The translations under genes were made by a program, and so were the position numbers. 60,625 bases of DNA from Candidatus Magasanikbacteria bacterium UBA922 (GTDB taxonomy: Bacteria > Patescibacteriota > Patescibacteriia > Magasanikbacterales > UBA922): NCBI GenBank assembly GCA_002293825.1, contig DBDW01000009.1:92170-152794 (forward strand). Direction: 5' to 3'. Below the pieces are notes generated by a model. That model was not told the origin of the DNA. It did not search any database and saw nothing but the letters and a program-made list of their open reading frames with translations. This document shows, in pieces, positions 45,913 to 55,880 of this stretch. Positions within the stretch are counted from its first letter, which is position 1. Each line of letters begins with the position of its first letter.

Positions 45913-47628
45913 TCAATCTTTGGTTGCACGCAAAATTTCTTCAATCGTGGTAATACCTTGTTTTGCTTTGAGAAAACCATCTTGAAATAACGTGATCATG
46001 CCATGTTTTAGGGCGTACGCTTTGATATCACTTGCAGTCGCGTTGGTATTGATAATTTTTTGGAGACCTTCATCAATTACCATGACTTCATAAATACCGA
46101 TACGTCCTTTGTACCCAGACGTTCCACATTTTTTACATCCTTTTCCTCGGTAAAAGGTCATAGACTCAAGCCCTTTTTCTTTTGCAGTCAAAGGAATTCG
46201 ATGTTGCTTGAATAATGCACCCATGGTTTTTTTATCAATAAGTTTGTGAATTTGCTTTAATTCTTTGCTTGCAAGTTTGAAGGAGTCTTTACAATGTGGG
46301 CAAATTTTTCTGACCAGTCGCTGAGCGATAATTATATTTGAGGTAAAGGCTACTAAAAAAGGAGGAATATCCATATCAAGCAGACGTGGAAGTGTGGTGG
46401 GGGCATCATTGGTGTGAAGTGTCGAAAGCACCAAATGACCAGTCATCGCAGCATGTATCGCAATTTCAGCTGTTTCTTTGTCTCGGATTTCTCCGACCAT
46501 GATAATATCGGGGTCTTGGCGTAAAAACGCACGCAATCCTGATGCAAACGTGAATCCTGCTTTCGGATTGATTTGACTTTGATTGATGCCACCAACGTGG
46601 TATTCAATCGGGTCTTCGATGGTGCAGATGTTTACGTCTGGCTGATTGAGCATGCCGAGAATAGAGTAGAGCGTGGTTGTCTTTCCAGAACCTGTAGGGC
46701 CAGTGACAAGCACCATTCCGTGAGGTTTTTCAATCGATTCTTCAATTAATTCTTTGATTCCTGGTAAGAAACCAAGCTCATCAAGGGTGAGCGGTTTTTG
46801 TCCTTCATGCAGAAGACGCATGACGATTTTTTCACCATCATATACAGGAATGATCGATACACGAAACGAGAGCGTTTCTCCTTGAACCGAAATTTTGAAT
46901 CGACCATCCTGAGGAATCATGTGTTCATCGATTTTTAGATTAGAGAGAATTTTGATACGAGCTACAATACCATTCTGTACGGCTTTCGGCAGGTGCATCA
47001 TCTCTCTCAGAATACCATCAATTCTAAATCGTACCACCACATCTCCTTCTGTCGGTTCAATATGAATATCACTCGAGTTTTCAAAGACCGAATGTTCAAG
47101 GATGGTTTTTACAATATTGATAACAGGTATTTCTTCAGCTGCTTTTTTGAGATCCGTAGGGTTATTGTGAGAGAGTGGTTGACGTAACTCTTGTTTTAAG
47201 TCAAGTCGATATTTTCTCAAGCATTCTCTGATTTCTCGTGAGGTGGCTATAAACACTGCTACATTTTTTCGTGTTTTACGTTTGATAAATTCAATTGTTT
47301 GGATATCAGTAGGGTCGGTAAGTGCAACGCGTAATGTGTCTTCTGTTTTTTCAAACGCAATAATCGTATGTGCTTCTGCAAATGCTTCAGGGAGTTCGTG
47401 GAGTACTTCTGAAGGTATGTCTTTTCCTTTGAGTGAAACACGAGGGAACCCAAAAACCTCTGCAATACCGTCGTAGAGAGCATCTTCTTTTAGGATATTT
47501 TTTTCTACGAGGTATACCTCAAGATCCTTTCCTCTGCTTTTTGCTTCTTCAAGGTAGGTTTCGATATCTCCTGCGTTTAGTTTGAATTTTTTTATCAAGA
47601 GGAGCTTGAGTTCGTCCAATGGTAACAT
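45913..47628 (-). CDS. pilB: Type IV pilus assembly ATPase PilB (GspE family)
   Basis: SDIHIEP, PQDGR, GPTGSGKTTTLY, LRQDPDIIMVGEIRD, tetracysteine motif. Confidence 0.95.
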   Translation of the reverse strand: MLPLDELKLLLIKKFKLNAGDIETYLEEAKSRGKDLEVYLVEKNILKEDALYDGIAEVFGFPRVSLKGKDIPSEVLHELPEAFAEAHTIIAFEKTEDTLRVALTDPTDIQTIEFIKRKTRKNVAVFIATSREIRECLRKYRLDLKQELRQPLSHNNPTDLKKAAEEIPVINIVKTILEHSVFENSSDIHIEPTEGDVVVRFRIDGILREMMHLPKAVQNGIVARIKILSNLKIDEHMIPQDGRFKISVQGETLSFRVSIIPVYDGEKIVMRLLHEGQKPLTLDELGFLPGIKELIEESIEKPHGMVLVTGPTGSGKTTTLYSILGMLNQPDVNICTIEDPIEYHVGGINQSQINPKAGFTFASGLRAFLRQDPDIIMVGEIRDKETAEIAIHAAMTGHLVLSTLHTNDAPTTLPRLLDMDIPPFLVAFTSNIIIAQRLVRKICPHCKDSFKLASKELKQIHKLIDKKTMGALFKQHRIPLTAKEKGLESMTFYRGKGCKKCGTSGYKGRIGIYEVMVIDEGLQKIINTNATASDIKAYALKHGMITLFQDGFLKAKQGITTIEEILRATKD

Positions 47629-47787
47629 AAGAAAAATGGAATGAAATCCAATACACGAATACAGTATATCATATTTTTGATAAATAATCTCAAAATAAAA
47701 ATATGTATTGAAGGGTGGTGTGGGGTGTGTATTTTAATATGTCAAAAATTCGGTCGATATGGATAGTTTTCATGCTTTTCCGCTCTG

Positions 47788-47816
47788 TTGACAAAAATTA
47801 TGTTCCCTGATATAGT
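47788..47816 (+). promoter_or_regulatory. Sigma70 promoter of rpsF-ssb-rpsR
   Basis: TTGACA-17bp-TATAGT. Confidence 0.8.
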
Positions 47817-47946
47817 ATGCGCGGTCGTAGATTGCACACAACATACCTTTTTGGTATAGGAAAACCGAGATTACGGTCAGTGCAATCAAAATAAACGGTG
47901 TTTTTGTATCTATAATTTATTTATCGTGATGTTCTAGGAGAAAATT

Positions 47947-48453
47947 ATGAAAAAATACGAGATGCTCTGTGTCCTTCCAGGAACCCTCGCTGAAAATGAG
48001 GTTGCCCCAATGGTAGAACAAATCAAGGAACAGCTCACTGCACAAGGTGCTGAAGATGTGGTGATCCTAGATTTGGGAAAAAGCAGATTGGCATATCCAA
48101 TCAAACATATCCGATACGGATATTTTGAACTGTTTACCTTCAACTTGGATCCTGTAAAGGTCCAGGTGCTTGAGAGAAACGTGCGCTTGCTCGGAGGAAT
48201 TCTCCGTGTAAGTATCCATGTACATAATCCAAAACAAAAAGCAACAATTACCTTGGCCTCAGATCCAACAGCGCTTTCTGCTCCTCCACGTGAGGATGTT
48301 CGAGATCGTTCACGAACTGAAACCAAACGAGAAGTGGTGGCAAAAGATGTGGTCGCAACAGAAGAAAGTGAAGAAGCAAAACCAAAACTCAACCTCGAAA
48401 ATATCGATGCAAAATTAGATGAATTGTTGCAGAAAGATATTGATAATGTATAA
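47947..48453 (+). CDS. rpsF: 30S ribosomal protein S6 with C-terminal extension
   Basis: MKKYEML, LGKSRLAYPIKH..YGYF. Confidence 0.95.
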   Translation: MKKYEMLCVLPGTLAENEVAPMVEQIKEQLTAQGAEDVVILDLGKSRLAYPIKHIRYGYFELFTFNLDPVKVQVLERNVRLLGGILRVSIHVHNPKQKATITLASDPTALSAPPREDVRDRSRTETKREVVAKDVVATEESEEAKPKLNLENIDAKLDELLQKDIDNV

Positions 48454-48525
48454 TAGCAAATAAGACAAACGTCGTCCCCTAAACCAAGGAGGGTACGGCA
48501 CTTATTTACTAACGTAGATCTCTAT

Positions 48526-48966
48526 ATGGATCTGAATCGAGCTACAATTCTCGGTCGCCTCACCCGTGACCCAGAAGTCAGAAGTACTCCTTCTGGACAA
48601 AGTGTCGCAAATATCGGTGTTGCAACGAGTAGGGTATGGAAAGATGCGTCAGGAACGCGTCAGGAACGTCCCGAATATCATAATGTGGTATTGTGGGGAA
48701 AACTTGCAGATATTGCGGGACAATATCTCGGAAAAGGACGTCGAGTATATATCGAAGGACGTCTTGAAACTCGAGATTGGACAGGTACTGATGGAGTAAA
48801 ACGATATCGTACTGAAATTATCGCTGAAAATTTAATTATGTTGGACGCCTCACGAGGCAATACTCCACAAGCAGATACTTTTGGAGGTAGCCAGGATAGT
48901 GAACGCCCAGACCCTTCACAAGCTCCGAGTGAAGAAGAAATCAAAGTGGAAGACATTCCGTTTTAA
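48526..48966 (+). CDS. ssb: Single-stranded DNA-binding protein
   Basis: LNRATILGRLTRDPE, VYIEGRL, C-terminal EDIPF. Confidence 0.98.
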   Translation: MDLNRATILGRLTRDPEVRSTPSGQSVANIGVATSRVWKDASGTRQERPEYHNVVLWGKLADIAGQYLGKGRRVYIEGRLETRDWTGTDGVKRYRTEIIAENLIMLDASRGNTPQADTFGGSQDSERPDPSQAPSEEEIKVEDIPF

Positions 48967-48981
48967 TTCATGAAGTAGTGT

Positions 48982-49215
48982 ATGAAATTAATGAAAGGAA
49001 AAAACAGTAAAAAACGCACACAGTGTCATTTCTGTATCAATAAAGAAAAGCAGATTGACTTTAAAGATAATGAAGGATTGCGACGGTTCACCTCTTCATA
49101 TATGAAGATTCAGCCTCGCAAGCGAAGTGGTTTGTGCGCTAAACATCAGAGACAAATTGCTCGTGCTATCAAGCAGGCACGTATTGCAGGACTCCTCGCA
49201 TTCGTTCCTAAATAA
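48982..49215 (+). CDS. rpsR: 30S ribosomal protein S18
   Basis: CHFC, IDFKD, KIQPRKRSGLCAKHQRQIARAIKQAR. Confidence 0.97.
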   Translation: MKLMKGKNSKKRTQCHFCINKEKQIDFKDNEGLRRFTSSYMKIQPRKRSGLCAKHQRQIARAIKQARIAGLLAFVPK

Positions 49216-49227
49216 AAGTAATTTGAG

Positions 49228-49259
49228 AAAAAATACTCGAGAAATCGAGTATTTTTTTT
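49228..49259 (+). terminator. rpsR terminator
   Basis: AAAAAATACTCGA-GAAA-TCGAGTATTTTTT. Confidence 0.85.
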
Positions 49260-49334
49260 GTTATTTTTTCGTAGATATTTTTTCAGATTTTTATTACAGT
49301 ATGATATACTTACAAAAAATATACTTGTGTATAT

Positions 49335-49784
49335 ATGGAACAAGAAAAAATAGTGAGATCACCTGAACGTGAGCGAGTGGTAGAGACAAAAGAAGATGTA
49401 GAATTGTCTGAAGAAATTAAGGCAGCTGCTGCACGTGAGCGTGTGGAATATCTGACAAAAGAAGTTTCCAAAGGAACACAGCAGATACAAAATATTATGC
49501 TGAATATGCAACAAGTACTTCAGGCACTTGCCGCAGTACGAGCGAGTCTTCAGCTCGAGAGTGTTTCTGATGATCCGAGTTCGATTGTCGAGGATAAAAG
49601 GCGGGTGGCTGAACTTAGAAAAAAAATTACTAAATATCAAGAAGAGCTTTTGGTAATGAAGCAAAAAATGGGAAATGTGCTTGGTGGTGAGGATGGAAAT
49701 GACGTATTTGACGACAGTGATGTGCGAACACAGGCACACACACTGATGACTGAAGTAGAAAAAATATTAGATGATCAGACATAA
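49335..49784 (+). CDS. Coiled-coil hypothetical protein
   Basis: 149-aa Glu/Lys-rich ORF heading the minor-pilin operon. Confidence 0.7.
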   Translation: MEQEKIVRSPERERVVETKEDVELSEEIKAAAARERVEYLTKEVSKGTQQIQNIMLNMQQVLQALAAVRASLQLESVSDDPSSIVEDKRRVAELRKKITKYQEELLVMKQKMGNVLGGEDGNDVFDDSDVRTQAHTLMTEVEKILDDQT

Positions 49785-49793
49785 TTTTGATGC

Positions 49794-51560
49794 ATGAAGT
49801 ACCACATGCGTACACAGGGATTTACATTGGTCGAAGCAGTGGTAGCGCTGGGCGTTTTTGTAATTTTTGTGGTGGGAATCTATGGGAGTGTTCAGTTGAG
49901 TTTTTCATTGGTATATCAATCTCGTATACGAATTATCGGAACAGCACTATTGAATGAACGCATGGAGATTGTTCGCAATACATCATTTGAAAATGTGGGT
50001 ATCAAGAATGGAAGCCCTGCTGGATTGTTTGAGCGAACGACCACAACCAATCGAAATGGGATGATTTTCGAGGTAACTCATACTATTAGAAATATTGATG
50101 ATCCGTATGATGGTGTAATCGGAGGAACTCCTTCAGATATGGCACCTGCTGATTATAAATTTGTACAAATCGACGCACGGTGCTTGTCCTGTGGACAAGC
50201 AGAAGAGTTGTCGATGTACACCTATGTTGCACCAAAATATTTAGAAGGTAACTCAGATAATGGAGCACTATTTGTGCGAGTCATCAATGCATATGGTGAT
50301 CCAGTGTCAGGTGCAATGGTGCGTGTGGTCAATACCACGACGAACCCGGTATATGATTTTTCTGATACTACTGATAGTGAAGGTTATTTACGAGTATATG
50401 ATTTGGTGACGAGTACGGCGACATATATGGTAGAAGCGAGCAAATCTGGATACACACTTGATTATACACGATCTTCGACACTGGCAAATCCTAATCCAGT
50501 AACACCATTGGTGTCGGTCTTGAAACAGGCGGTGAGTAATTTGACATTGACGATCGATCAAGTGTCTTCATTGCAAGTAGTATCGCAAAATCCACAATGC
50601 GTATCAGTACCCAATGTAAATTTTTCAATACAAGGAACGCGTGTAATAGGAACTAATCCAGATGTATATTTAGCAGAAGGTGTGTATAGTACTGGACAAT
50701 CAGCGTCACTTTCACTTCCGTTACCTTGGGATAAGTACCTGTTGGGAGTGGTAGAGTATGATCTTGTTGGAACCATTCCTGATGTACCTCTTTCATTGCT
50801 CCCAGGTTCTTCACAAAACGTTACACTGATCGTGGGATCAAATACCTCTCGATCACTTATGGTCTTAGCACGTCATCAAGGATCTCCTGTGGCAGGAGCG
50901 CGTGTGACCATTGCAGGACCGAATAATTTTTTGGTTGAAAAAACTACAGGTGTAGGAAGTGTGGCACAGACTGATTGGTCGCTTGGGGGAGGGAATGAAC
51001 TATTTGGAGATGGTCGTGGGTATAGTACGATGAGTGGGGTCGATGTGACGAGTAATCCTGGGACAATAATACTGGCTCAGAATGGTGGAAATTTTGTACA
51101 GAGTGGGTACCTTGAATCCTCGACTATAGAGGTGGGAGAGAGCGCACGGTATATTCAGTGGTCGTGGGATCCGCTTACACAGCCATCCTCGACAACGGTA
51201 CGATTACAGATTGCAACTGCCACATCGAGTAATGCAGAATGGAATTTTGTAGGTCCAGATGGAACAGGCTCTACTTTTTATACCGAAAATAATATTACGA
51301 TTTCATCAATACACGATAATGATCGATTCATGCGGTATCGTATTTATATGGATACAGAAAATCAAGCAGCAACACCATTGGTGTCAGATATATCTTTTAT
51401 ATATACAAATGAATGTACGCCACCAGGGCAGACATATGTGGGGGGTCTCAGTCCGGGAACATATACTGTTACGATTGATGCAGATGGGTTTCATACATAT
51501 CAGGACCAGCTAGAAATTACAGGAGACCAAGCACTTACTGCTGATTTGACTTCACTATGA
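49794..51560 (+). CDS. Large type IV minor pilin-like protein with Ig/carboxypeptidase-regulatory-like domains
   Basis: Prepilin motif QG/FTLVEAVVAL; repeated G.PV.GA.V.V beta-sandwich motifs. Confidence 0.85.
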   Translation: MKYHMRTQGFTLVEAVVALGVFVIFVVGIYGSVQLSFSLVYQSRIRIIGTALLNERMEIVRNTSFENVGIKNGSPAGLFERTTTTNRNGMIFEVTHTIRNIDDPYDGVIGGTPSDMAPADYKFVQIDARCLSCGQAEELSMYTYVAPKYLEGNSDNGALFVRVINAYGDPVSGAMVRVVNTTTNPVYDFSDTTDSEGYLRVYDLVTSTATYMVEASKSGYTLDYTRSSTLANPNPVTPLVSVLKQAVSNLTLTIDQVSSLQVVSQNPQCVSVPNVNFSIQGTRVIGTNPDVYLAEGVYSTGQSASLSLPLPWDKYLLGVVEYDLVGTIPDVPLSLLPGSSQNVTLIVGSNTSRSLMVLARHQGSPVAGARVTIAGPNNFLVEKTTGVGSVAQTDWSLGGGNELFGDGRGYSTMSGVDVTSNPGTIILAQNGGNFVQSGYLESSTIEVGESARYIQWSWDPLTQPSSTTVRLQIATATSSNAEWNFVGPDGTGSTFYTENNITISSIHDNDRFMRYRIYMDTENQAATPLVSDISFIYTNECTPPGQTYVGGLSPGTYTVTIDADGFHTYQDQLEITGDQALTADLTSL

Positions 51561-52177
51561 AACATCATATAGATCGCACATGGGTACGAGGAATGTCTTT
51601 ACTTGAGGTTTCGGTAGTGGTTGGAATTACCTTGGTGATTTTGATGGGTGCAGGAACATTTATCAGTCTCAGTTTCAAAGATCAGAAAATTCTTGATGAT
51701 CAGCTATATGGACAGCGTGAAGCTCGGCGTATTGTAACTGAAATTACCAATGTTGTACGAACAGCAGAAGCTTCGAGCGTGGGCTCCTATCCGATCGCTA
51801 CTGCAACCACCTCCACACTCACGTTATATGCAAATATTGATAGTGATTCATTGAGAGAGCGTGTACGATATTGGGTTACCGGAACCGAGTTGAGGAGAGG
51901 GATTCTGAAGCCGAGTGGAAATCCGTTGGCATATACTGGTACAGAGAATGTTACCGTACTTGCTCATGATGTTGAAAATATTGTCAAAGGAATTGATACG
52001 TTTCAATATTTTGACGAAAACTATATAGGAACCAGTGCTCCATTGCCGTTTCCAATAGTACTCCCCAATGTTCGTATGGTAAGAGTGGTGGTACAGATTG
52101 AAAAAGAAGAAAGTAGGAGTCCGGTACCAATTCGAGTAGAATCAATTACACAGATACGAAACTTAAAAACTAATTAA
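51557..52177 (+). CDS. Type IV minor pilin (PilW/GspJ-like)
   Basis: RG/MSLLEVSVVVGI prepilin motif. Confidence 0.82.
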   Translation: MKHHIDRTWVRGMSLLEVSVVVGITLVILMGAGTFISLSFKDQKILDDQLYGQREARRIVTEITNVVRTAEASSVGSYPIATATTSTLTLYANIDSDSLRERVRYWVTGTELRRGILKPSGNPLAYTGTENVTVLAHDVENIVKGIDTFQYFDENYIGTSAPLPFPIVLPNVRMVRVVVQIEKEESRSPVPIRVESITQIRNLKTN

Positions 52178-52237
52178 ATTACTTCAACTGTTGTGTCACG
52201 ATGTAGAATAAATATAGAGTAATTAGAAATTTTTTGT

Positions 52238-53614
52238 ATGTCTCATCCACGAGGTACTACACTTCTCATTGTCATGGTATTTGGTTCAATTGCCTTTGTG
52301 TTGATGGTGTTAGGGTTACTCACCTATGCATTGTTTGAGCATCGTACGTCGATGCATGTGTATCGTAGAGATGCCGCGTTTCATGTGGCAGAAGCAGGGA
52401 TTAATTATTATCGATGGCATCTCGCACACAATACGTCTGATTTTACTGATGGTACGGGATTGCCTGGTCCGTACGTCCATACCATTTCAGACAAGACCAA
52501 TGCGGTGATTGGTGAATTTTCACTCACTATCTCTTCACCACTCCCGAATTCTTCAGTAATCGCAGTAGCGTCTACCGGATCGGTCCAGAATGGAATCAGT
52601 GATCGTACACTTCGTGTTCGATTGGGTTTTCCTTCCTTTACCGATAGTGCATTTATCGAAAATGCAGACATGTCGTTTAGTGCTACTACGCAAGTATTTG
52701 GAGAGGTAATGTCGAATGGAGGAATCAAATTCGATGGAACCACTGATTCGTGGGTAAAAAGTGCAAAGAACACCTATACGTATAATGGGCAAGTAAAGCC
52801 TGGTGTGTGGGGTACGGGAGGACCGCAGTACTATTGGCAGTTTCCAGTACCTGCTGCTGATTTTGGTTCTGTCTCTGCTGATCTTTCGGAATTACGCACT
52901 GCTGCCCAAAATGGAGGAAGATATTTTCCTCCACTGGGGAATGATGATGGATACCAGCTTGTGTTCAATAATACACAATACACCGTATATCGGGTGACAG
53001 CTACTGACTGTTTTTATCTCTATGATTATGACGAGTCTAGATGGCGTAGACGTTGTTATGATATCAGATCAAAAAGCTTATTGAATCCGGGCAATAGTAG
53101 TAATAGCACGTTTTCATTGCCTGCAAATGGAGTAATTTTTGTGGAAGAAAATGTATGGCTAGAAGGAACGGTCGACGGTAGGGTGACGATAGGAACTGGA
53201 AGTTTTCCTATTGCAGGAAGTTATAACGTGTTTATTCCAAACAATCTCTTGCAAAAGGAAAAATCAAGTGATGATGTGATTGGTATTATCACACAAGGAG
53301 ATATTGTAATTCCATATAAAGCGCCAAATAATCTTGAAATCAATGCAGCCGCACTGTCACAGACAGGGCAAATTTATATGCCAAATTATAATTACACCAA
53401 TCAATCACTCGCGCTCAAAAATTCACTTACTTTTTTCGGTTCACAAATTTCATATCGTGGAGGTGGATGGAAATATGTCACGGCACAAGGACAAGTGGTC
53501 GCAGGATATGTATTTACCAATCATGTATATGATGGAAATTTGAAGTATTATCCACCACCTGGATTTCCTACAGGATCTACCTATGAGCTGATTAGCTGGG
53601 AGGAGGTACAATAA
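52238..53614 (+). CDS. PilX-like minor pilin
   Basis: RG/TTLLIVMVF lacking Glu5, AFHVAEAGINY, C-terminal PPPGFP...SWEEV. Confidence 0.8.
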   Translation: MSHPRGTTLLIVMVFGSIAFVLMVLGLLTYALFEHRTSMHVYRRDAAFHVAEAGINYYRWHLAHNTSDFTDGTGLPGPYVHTISDKTNAVIGEFSLTISSPLPNSSVIAVASTGSVQNGISDRTLRVRLGFPSFTDSAFIENADMSFSATTQVFGEVMSNGGIKFDGTTDSWVKSAKNTYTYNGQVKPGVWGTGGPQYYWQFPVPAADFGSVSADLSELRTAAQNGGRYFPPLGNDDGYQLVFNNTQYTVYRVTATDCFYLYDYDESRWRRRCYDIRSKSLLNPGNSSNSTFSLPANGVIFVEENVWLEGTVDGRVTIGTGSFPIAGSYNVFIPNNLLQKEKSSDDVIGIITQGDIVIPYKAPNNLEINAAALSQTGQIYMPNYNYTNQSLALKNSLTFFGSQISYRGGGWKYVTAQGQVVAGYVFTNHVYDGNLKYYPPPGFPTGSTYELISWEEVQ

Positions 53615-53709
53615 TTGTGCGTGTACAGTTGGTATTGTGTGGATGTGAGTTTTGAAATTTGGGTTTTGAACTTTTTTTGTGCTATACTAGACTCAATCAT
53701 TTTTTTTCT

Positions 53710-54546
53710 ATGCAAAAAGTTCGTAAAGGAGTTATCACGGTTGCAGGTCTTGGTACTCGATTTCTTCCTGCTACAAAAGCCATGCCAAAAGAAATGTTAC
53801 CAGTGCTCGATAAGCCGGTGGTGCAGTACATTGTCGAAGAAATGGCCGCGAGCGGAATCACGGAAATTATTTTTGTGACGAGCTCGCAAAAACGAGCAAT
53901 TGAGGATCATTTTGATCGTGATCGTGATTACGAGGCATATTTAGAACGACAAGGAAAATTGGACCGTATTCAATCATTAATTGATTTGAACAAAAAAGTA
54001 AGATTTTTTTATACGAGACAGTCAGAACCGCTGGGGAATGGCCACGCACTACTGTGTGCGAGAGAATTTATTGGTGATGAACCATTTGCCTTTTCAGACG
54101 GGGATAGTATTATCGATGCCAAAACTCCCGTGATTGCACAGTTACTGGATATTTTTTACAAAAAGAAATCATCAATTATCGGTGTACAAAAGATAGAGAG
54201 CAAAGAAGAAATGCAGAAATATGGAAATGTATATGGAAAACCACTCGGGAAAGGATTGTATCGAGTAAGTGAATTTAGAGAAAAACCTACGCTCGAGCAC
54301 GTGTCTCCACATGGTCTTATTGTGGGAGGGATGCGATATATTTTGACATCAGATATTTGGAATATTTTACAGGAGCAAGGTACTGGTAAAGACGGAGAAA
54401 TTTGGCTTGCCGACGCAGCACATACACTAGCAAAGAAGAAGAAATTTTTTGCATACGAATATGAAGGAGAATATTTTGATACGGGGAACAAGCTCGCACT
54501 ATTGAAAACCGCAATTCATTTTGCCGAGAAAGAAGGATTGCTTTAA
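53710..54546 (+). CDS. galU: UTP-glucose-1-phosphate uridylyltransferase
   Basis: VAGLGTRFLPATKAMPKEMLPVLDKP, RQSEPLGNGHA, EKP, FDTGNK. Confidence 0.93.
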   Translation: MQKVRKGVITVAGLGTRFLPATKAMPKEMLPVLDKPVVQYIVEEMAASGITEIIFVTSSQKRAIEDHFDRDRDYEAYLERQGKLDRIQSLIDLNKKVRFFYTRQSEPLGNGHALLCAREFIGDEPFAFSDGDSIIDAKTPVIAQLLDIFYKKKSSIIGVQKIESKEEMQKYGNVYGKPLGKGLYRVSEFREKPTLEHVSPHGLIVGGMRYILTSDIWNILQEQGTGKDGEIWLADAAHTLAKKKKFFAYEYEGEYFDTGNKLALLKTAIHFAEKEGLL

Positions 54547-54557
54547 TATCTTCGTGT

Positions 54558-55796
54558 ATGGAAGTTGCTCGACAAATCAGAAGAATCGTTGCAACCATAG
54601 TTTTTGTATATGCATTCTTTTTATATGGCCCAGAGACTACATTGGCAGCTTCTAATGTGCAAAAAGAGCAAAAAGGAGAGGTAGATATCTATACATACAC
54701 CACTGAATGTTCAAATTTGGGTAATACACTTGAAACTCTGCGATATATTATCACCCCACGAACACTTACCGACAGTGGTACAGCATATCTGTATCTTCAT
54801 GGCAATGATAAACCGAATGCAAATCAATTGTGTGAAGGGGAGTATCGACTCTGTCAGATCGTAGGAGAAATACGAAATACAATTATTATTCCTCAAACTA
54901 AAGTTACAGGTAATAATGCGAGTCAAACAGTTAGTGCAGCGCAGGTACAATGTTTATTAAATGAGGCGCAGAACGTATTAGTTCAAAATCAAGTTTCTGC
55001 CCCACAGAGTTTTAAGATCGCTGCACATAGTGCTGGAAATTGGTTGGTACCAGCGGTATATGAATCAGGTCTTTCATTTGGTGATACATTAGTTTTTGAT
55101 GGGTGTTATGGGTCGGGTAATCTTAATTTTTGTACACGAATTGCTAAAAAATTGCCAAGTGGAGCCAGGATGCATGTGTATTATCAAAAAGGTGCAGAGG
55201 GAACCGAAACTGGGTCGAAAGCAGCGAAACTAGCAAATCCTGAAAAAATGGATATTTACGAAGTAGTAGCTACTCATAAAGAAATTCCATACAGCTGTTT
55301 TTCGAGTCACATGAGTGCTGAAGGAAATTGTAGGGAAAAAGTAGTGTCAAAAAATAATGAACCAGTAGTTATAAGAAGTGGAAGCTGTGCCATCGATACA
55401 GGCTGTGGCGCAGGAGAAACGTGTGTAAGTAATGTATGCCAGCAAACACAGTCACCGATCGAGCCAGATCAGACACTAGGATCAGGTGGTGGCACACAGC
55501 AGGGTGCAGGACAAGCGAACAGTAGCAATTTGCGACAATATGCACAAAAGCTTAATCAACTAAAAGTTACCGATTTACCTCAATTGGTTGGAATTTTGAT
55601 TCGAGGAGCATTGGGAATTATTGGGACAATTGCATTAGTGATGATTATTTATGGGGGAGTGTTGTGGATGACGGCACGAGGTAATTCAGAAACTCAGACC
55701 AAGGCGCAGAATACGATTGTGTGGGCCGCATTGGGAATTGTATTGATATTTGCGAGCTATGCATTGGTAGGATTTATATTTGAAATTTTCAAATAA
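54558..55796 (+). CDS. Secreted alpha/beta-hydrolase-like domain fused to a C-terminal TrbC/VirB2-like pilin domain
   Basis: YLYLHGN, AAHSAG, VFDGCY, ATHKEIP; Cys-rich linker; IIYGGVLWMTARGNSE..KAQNTIVWAALG. Confidence 0.7.
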   Translation: MEVARQIRRIVATIVFVYAFFLYGPETTLAASNVQKEQKGEVDIYTYTTECSNLGNTLETLRYIITPRTLTDSGTAYLYLHGNDKPNANQLCEGEYRLCQIVGEIRNTIIIPQTKVTGNNASQTVSAAQVQCLLNEAQNVLVQNQVSAPQSFKIAAHSAGNWLVPAVYESGLSFGDTLVFDGCYGSGNLNFCTRIAKKLPSGARMHVYYQKGAEGTETGSKAAKLANPEKMDIYEVVATHKEIPYSCFSSHMSAEGNCREKVVSKNNEPVVIRSGSCAIDTGCGAGETCVSNVCQQTQSPIEPDQTLGSGGGTQQGAGQANSSNLRQYAQKLNQLKVTDLPQLVGILIRGALGIIGTIALVMIIYGGVLWMTARGNSETQTKAQNTIVWAALGIVLIFASYALVGFIFEIFK

Positions 55797-55880
55797 CGGT
55801 AGAATGTTTCAGGTTGTAAAAAATACAAGAGACGAGTGTTTAATATAAACTGTATGCGCATTCGGCGCAACGAACATACT

